This document shows, piece by piece, positions 56,800 through 64,000 of a stretch of DNA of 64,000 nt (positions are counted from its first letter, which is position 1; each line of letters opens with the position of its first letter). This DNA is from Octopus vulgaris (taxonomy: Eukaryota). The position numbers and the translations under genes are program-made. The stretch is from NCBI GenBank assembly GCA_951406725.2, contig OX597815.1, positions 135,904,001-135,968,000 of the forward strand. Reading direction: 5' to 3'. The notes beneath the pieces were generated by a model that saw nothing but the letters and a program-made list of their open reading frames with translations, searched no databases and was not told the origin of the DNA.

Positions 56800-58384
56800 C
56801 GGAAGCAAGCGAAGAATATAGTTTTCTTTAACAATGTAATTTCCAACAGAAGTGACTGGGTGCGTCGTCGTGTCGTTGACCGTGCTTGAACGAGTCATAG
56901 TACCAAGAGGTGCGTTGTCTAGTTAGCTTTTATTTATTTCCAGTGGTCGAATATGTACTTCAGTTCGCCCTGGTGGGTGAGTATTTGTTTTAATGTTCAC
57001 AGTAAGAAGGGTCTCCGCCTCGTTAAATCTGTTCACCAGGATTCTGACGGTGAGAGAGTTAAGTAGGTTTTCCCTGTGCAGTATCAAAGCAGTGGATGCG
57101 CTTCGTATCACTTGATCTGCCCCGTTCCAAATTTCTTCTGCAAACAATTGCTTAAGATATTTTATGAAATAAATTTGCTCATCACAGAAACTGTTTATTT
57201 TAGAGAATAATAAATCGTAGGACAATAATAGTTTTCGTGAAGTTTTTACAACAGTTATAACTTAGTAACTGTTGTGTTTGTTGTTGACTCTGACCCAGGA
57301 GACCGGAGATCAAAAGTATTTTAATCCAACCATGATTATCCTGTCCTTATGTCCGACATTGTGTATCCGAGACTACATTACATAATGTGTGCTTCATTTT
57401 CCACGGCAAATGAGTATAACAAAAGTAATATAGCTGCAACTTCTAGCGAGTCGAACGACCGCGTAGAAGCTCCGAGGTGCCGGAACATGATTTAAAATGT
57501 TAGGGAAATGACCAATTTTTAAATGCTTGCAATTTCTTTAAACATTTTGAAAATAAATATTCTTGGGAAAAAAATTCTAAATTAAGCCTAAGAATGCCAC
57601 ATCATAACATATTTCTTCACAAGATGCTAACATTAGAAAAAAGCGTTGAAAAATATTTCAAAGAAAATAAAACAATAATTTAACAGATAATGTTAATGTC
57701 CATGAAAGAAACGGCTAAAAAATGAAGCGAAAACAGAAGAGTCTAAAAGTAAAACTATGAAGCATAAAATTAGATATCGTAAAACATTATGTACGGTCCT
57801 CTGTCAAGTTACCGAAAGAACTTCGCTGATGTCGTTCAACTAGCACTCTCTGTCAAAAAATTCTCTTTGATGACTCACGTAATTTATTTTATTGCACGAC
57901 CACCAATGACGATTTTTCGTGCGGTGAATTTTAGGTTAAGTCCATCCTGTCGAGTTTAAACAAATTTTTCTAAGCTTGGTGAGAAACGTTTCAAATGCAT
58001 TCATTCCGAGGTTCGGATTGTATTTCCAAAGCAATCTTCACTTTTTAGTTATAGATTATTTATAACATTTCGTGTGCAATAGTATCGTTGGTAACAGGTT
58101 TCCAACTGGACAGCCACATGTCCACTACATTTACAACTGTGAGAGTGACATGGAAACATGTGTACGCAATTCGGGCGAAATAACTAATTCAAAGATAATA
58201 CCTTGAGTTATTTCCTTCCCCGAATTGTGTACACATACTTACTGAAGTAAGTCAACAACTGTATTATTCGGGTCAGATTTGCGGTTTATGTATAGAATCT
58301 ATATACTATTGATGGCGACGCGCTAAAATGCAAACAGAAACCCAGTAAGTGACACGTTTTTGGCTCCCATTCTTTGCCTTTTAC

Positions 58385-58850
58385 TCGTATCAACGTTATC
58401 TTATACTCGTTTCAGCGTTATCTTTTACTCGTTCCAGTCTTATCTTTGACTCGTTTCAGTCTTATCTTTTGCTCGTTCCAGTCTTATCTTTGACTCGTTT
58501 CAGTCTTTTACTTGTTTCAGGCATTGGATTGTGGCCATTGAAGGGTTTAATCGAACACATCGACCCCAGCACTTATTATTTAAAGTCTGGTACTTATTCT
58601 CTCGGCCCCTTTCTCCGAACACCAACCCCAGTTGTCAAGATTAGAGACAATAAACACACGCATAAAAAAGATACACACCCACGGATATATACGGTCTTCC
58701 ACAGTTACCGCCTACCAAATTCGCTCACAAGGCATTAGTTGGCCCACGGCAATACAAGAAGACATTCGAAGTGCCACACAGTGGGACTGAACCTGACACC
58801 ACGTGGTTGCAAAGTGGGCTTCTCAAAAGAGACTCTACCATGCTTGCACC
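58385..58850 (-). mobile_element. SINE family B with tandemly amplified 3' end
   Basis: The body spans 58505-58850. A ~22-bp unit (actcgtttcagtcttatcttt) is repeated ~5-6 times at 58385-58510. Confidence 0.75.
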
Positions 58851-58899
58851 TATAAGTCAAACCTTTTTTCTTTATACAGTGCGAAAGGCTGTAGGGAAG

Positions 58900-59270
58900 G
58901 ATATAAAGGATTTCATTGATATCACTACGAGGAATCTAGAATTTAAATACGAAAATATACTCTTTTGGTATTATATTACTTGAACTCAGCTTTGTCACAC
59001 AACATGAAAATTAGCATACTGATAGCAGACACAGTTAGGATAATGAATAACATGTCCCCACTATGCAAACCATATGAAACGAAAAAACATGTACAGAACA
59101 TCATGCATCGCATGCTGTTCTCTGGATATGATCAGAAAGATAGGGTTCGAATATACAGGGGTGCTAGAAAGACGTTAGGGACAAAGAGGGAAGTCGAATC
59201 TGAAATTTACATAGGCGCCGAGTATCAGAAAATAGTTGAAGTATCCCGCGAGCCTAGGTGCTAGTGATTT
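58900..59270 (+). mobile_element. Possible Penelope-like RT C-terminal (thumb) relic
   Basis: NSALSHNMKISILIADTVRIMNNMS..HVQNIMHRMLFSGY resembles the S-x-x-x-x-x-K...R...GY pattern at the end of PLE RTs. Recognised from memory only. Confidence 0.45.
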
Positions 59271-60918
59271 GTTTAAAAGTACCAGAAGAAGACTGCCAGA
59301 ACTGGTTGTTTCTGTGGAAGTGGTTGAGGAAAATTGTTAGCATTTAACCGCAAATCTCAACAATAATCAACGTCATTGTAGCTTAGGACACCTTTGATCA
59401 CAGATCTGCTTCCTGGAAGCAGATCTGAGCTAAACGACAACATAGCAAATGCGCCTCACGTACACACACATACACAGGCATACAGCTCTATTATCTTAGA
59501 TTACATTACCTAATACATACCATTTTCTTATATAGAAGACGATAAGGTGTGGTTTTAAATAATATTGGCTGGTATTTCTAACCGAGAAATGGTGAATGAC
59601 TCGCCCTCGGTCAGTTCTAATTGCGGAAACCCAATGTTAAAAAAACTATACAACTGTGACCATTCCGTCTTTTTGTATGCGTGAGACTATATTGGCCAAT
59701 CAATCCATTCTTTATTTAAAATGTCATGGTAAAATTTGAAGGTGATTTATTGTAGGGTGAAGGAGCATGCAGTTGTTTCTTAGGTATCTCACGCTAGTTG
59801 TTTAGCCTCAAGTCAGTTTCAATCAAGCAGAACTTTGACCAGCCAGCCACGACCATCCCATTTTTTTTTAAATATCTGAGACTACATTGTCGAATGTGCT
59901 CTTCATTGTTTCTAACGCAGTGGAGTAGATGTGAGAGAATGTGGTCGTTATTACAAGGAGTTGGAGCGATCACATAGAGGTATCCCCGTTGACGCAATCA
60001 AATTTTTGCACTTGGTGACTTTGGGTTGTTGTGATTCTACAGGGTCTTGTTTTGTCTGTGTACTGTGGAGTTGGAAGTAACAGGAGTAGAGACTGTGATG
60101 GGTTTATCAGCAGGAACGCTGTTTACGGAATCATCTTGTTTGAGGAGTGGTGCGTAGGAGGATTCTGCAAAATTAATAGAGCCTCTCTTGGGAAGGGAGC
60201 AGGAAGCTCAACTCAAATCTTATGATAGCTTATCCATTTTATCTTCTGTAATAACATTTAGGTCTGTCCTAAAGATGTTTGCAATGCAATTTATGTTATT
60301 AAATTTTGAGTGTACAAATATTTATTTATGAATGTATATGCTGATATGTGTATAAATGTGCACATGGATCTGTATATATGTCTATATATAGGCGAGACGC
60401 ATTTTCTATGTTGTTGCTTAACTCGAATTGGCCCCCAACAAACAGATCTAACAGCAAAAGTGTTCTCATCAGGAATTATCGCATCTTTTTGTATATCTAT
60501 TACTACATTTAATGTTTTAATCACTTTTGAGACAGTAGAGTTTTGCTTTGAGAGAGATTTGCTGCTATTTCTAACAAACTCAGTAGCCACATAGAGTGAT
60601 CTTCGTAGGTTCATATTTAATTTTCTATGTCTGTCATATGGGCAGTGTTCTGTGATGGTCGAAAATAATTTCTACTTTGTAACAAATAAAATATCTGAAA
60701 GCGAGGGTATTGTACATATTAATATTCTTTCGATATACCTATTGATTTTCCTTCCTGAAGCTCCTGTGATGGTAATTGTAACTGGCATTTTAGAATAACC
60801 TGTATTTCGATTTGTAGCTTACTTTCTGAATTCTGGTATTGCAAGAAGCCTTGTTCTTCATGTTCTATATCTTGATCAGCGAGGAATGCGGACAGAAACA
60901 GTAAAGGACCAAACTATA

Positions 60919-61126
60919 TGAGGGTTGCTGAAAAGTTCCTGGCTTTAAGGGTATCGCAAAAGGGAGGCCCAATTTTCAAGGTTCTGTTACAGGGCTTAGA
61001 CAAACTGAAGCACCGCTGCAGTAAGTGGGTGAAACTGAGAGGAGAATATGTTGGATAAAATCATGATTAACTGATCCTCCTGTATTTTCTTTTACCCAAA
61101 GCCAAGGACTTTTCAGTAGTCCCGCG
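60919..61126. mobile_element. Mariner-type MITE, second copy in opposite orientation
   Basis: tgagggttgctgaaaagttcctggctttaagggtat ... aaagccaaggacttttcagtagtcccgcg. The internal sequence is the reverse complement of 42689-42890. Confidence 0.75.
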
Positions 61127-61130
61127 TTTT

Positions 61131-61187
<57 letters not shown>

Positions 61188-61226
61188 GCGTGTGTGTGTA
61201 TGCAGTATATAAATAGATAGATAGAC

Positions 61227-61860
<634 letters not shown>

Positions 61861-62069
61861 AAAAGGAGAAAGGTATATGAAATTGCGAAGCCCAGTAGGA
61901 GTATAAATGAACGAAATAATTTCAATGCGATTGAAATCGTGATGCGGTCTTCATATTTTTTTTTTCATATAGCTCAGACACATGCTACGGGGTCACAGCA
62001 GAAGAGGAAGTATCTAGCAGAGATAGAAACACACTAGGATTGCGCTCGGATGGATGACCCAAGCAAATA

Positions 62070-62303
62070 CCTATTTCTTTATTACCCACAAGGGGCTAAA
62101 CATAGAGGGGACAAACAAGGACAGACATAAGTATTCAGTCGATTACATCGACCCCAGTGCGGAACTGGTACTTAATTTATCGATCCCGAAAGGATGAAAG
62201 CAAAGTCAACCTCGGCCGAATTTGAACTCACAACGTAAGGGCAGACGAAATACCGCTAAGCATTTCATCCGGCGTGCTAACGTTTCTGCCAGCTCGCCGC
62301 CTT
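62070..62303 (-). mobile_element. SINE family A, full length
   Basis: Reverse complement of 52054-52287. Confidence 0.9.
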
Positions 62304-62529
62304 ATGGTGGATGCAGCGGCGCGCATCGGTAGCTGGTTGTCTCAGGACTGAGACAGTGTTAACAGCCATAATAAAATCATAACAGCGAAGATAACCAACA
62401 GGACAATCTGAGAGAAGTAAGAAGGCAACTAAATCGTCCATATTACTCGATTTGGAGTTCATCTCCCGAATGGATTACTTACAAAGTATACTTCCTCAGG
62501 ATTTCTACTCAGAAGAGTCATTACCAAAT

Positions 62530-62745
62530 ATTCTTTTCCACTCTAGGCACAAGGCCCGAAATTTTGGGGGAGGAGCTCAGTCGATTAGATCGACCCTAAT
62601 ACGCAACTGGTACTTAGTTCATCGACCCCGAATGGACGAAAGGCAAAGTCGACATCGGCGGGATTCGAACTCAGAACTTAATGACAGACGAAGATACTGC
62701 TAAGCAATTCGCCCGGCGTGCTAATGTTTCTGCCAGCTCGACAAC
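62530..62745 (-). mobile_element. SINE family A variant
   Basis: aggcacaaggcccgaaattttgggggag..gtcgattagatcgacc..gctaatgtttctgccagctcg. Confidence 0.8.
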
Positions 62746-63271
62746 TTATTAACAATATTATATTACAATATATTTGATTATATCATATCACGCTCTATTA
62801 TTATATATCATTCTATTATTGTCCGTTTTAGAAATCATTATATTGCAATTATTATGTGTATTATATTACGTAACATCATATATTAAATTATATAGTTTTA
62901 ACGTATCATATCGTAACACTCTAACATTTCAATCTATCGAATCGACCGTCGTTCAACTTCGACAAGTATTTGCTTATAACACGGCTTCTACTCTTACTAA
63001 GGACAGAAAAAACAAACAAGCGAGAAAGAAGGAAATCAATAGTTATTGTTACGCTTTTATTGGATTTAACTACAACACAAAAACGGAAACATTAACGCAC
63101 ACATACACACACACACATATATACATAATACATACAAACATAAATACATACACACACACACACACACACAAACACACAGACACACACATATATGTATATA
63201 TATATAAATATAATTTTTATAAACATGCAAGGGAAGTAACTCTTGCATCTTATCCCCATCGTCACTATCGT

Positions 63272-63326
<55 letters not shown>

Positions 63327-63364
63327 GTATATACATATGTATATATATATGTATATACATATAC

Positions 63365-63395
<31 letters not shown>

Positions 63396-63694
63396 GGGGT
63401 GGGGGTGGGAGCTGGGGAGAGTGACAAGAGTTTACTGGCAACCGAGTTGACAACGTTGATTTGTATGTTAAGGCTGTCTATAACTAGATTAATTTGGCCC
63501 TATCTTAGTAATATCATTAAGATTTCTTTTTTCCGATTTTATTTTCTCTTTTGCTAGTTTATTATAATTCACATTTTCCTGTTTGTTTCTATGTCTTTTT
63601 TAGCCCTGGTCTTTGTATATTTATTCCTCCGCAGATTTCCATTCGGTCTGTCAAGTTATCATTTTCTCTGTACACCAGTTTTCATTTGTTTGTT

Positions 63695-63776
63695 CATCCA
63701 TCCATCCATCCATTCATCCAACCATCCATCCATCCATATATCCATCTGTCTATCACTCTGTTTATACGTCGCTGTC

Positions 63777-63822
<46 letters not shown>

Positions 63823-63901
63823 TTCCTTCCTTCTTTCTTCCTTCCTTCCTTCCTTCCTTCCTTCCTTCCTTCCTTCCTTTCCTTCCTTCCTTCCTTCCTT
63901 C

Positions 63902-63940
<39 letters not shown>

Positions 63941-64000
63941 TCCTTCCTTCCTTTCTTTCTTTCCTTTCCTTCCTTCCTTCCTTCCTTTCTTTCTTTGTTC
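63695..64000. repeat. (CCAT)n and (TTTC)/(TTCC)n microsatellites
   Basis: Direct reading. Confidence 0.95.

Noticed and set aside
56880-58230. Possible Tc1/mariner N-terminal relics (LVNRFNE..PGR)
   Set aside because: Too decayed to support by eye.
60230-60870. Possible Gypsy integrase relic on the minus strand
   Set aside because: Only vague similarity; no clear HHCC or DDE motifs recoverable.

Overview
Eukaryotic, AT-rich, microsatellite-saturated repeat region. The SINE/LINE repertoire looks like coleoid cephalopod (Octopus-like) DNA, but this is an inference. No intact host gene is visible. The only host-type coding sequence is a disrupted N-terminal exon of nucleoporin Nup210/gp210 (52.8-54.2 kb). 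The rest is mobile DNA: an APE+RT LINE of the CR1/L2 group with an open ORF2 (15.1-18.1 kb), a near-intact LINE of a second family with a CCCH-finger ORF1 (19.2-22.8 kb), several truncated relatives, an RTE LINE with a PHD finger inside its RT, Tc1/mariner relics, mariner MITEs and many tRNA-derived SINEs. The most notable unannotated signal is a set of at least four sequence-unrelated non-coding elements carrying type I hammerhead-ribozyme (HHR) folds with palindromic stem III. They occur as inverted or partial-tandem pairs, mostly inserted in (TA)n tracts, resembling Penelope-like pseudo-LTRs or retrozymes. Almost all retroelements sit in (TA)n or (TAA)n microsatellites, and the LINEs and one SINE family share a covarying two-hairpin 3' tail. 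Most ORFs in the supplied track (YI/HT/CV repeats) are microsatellite artefacts.
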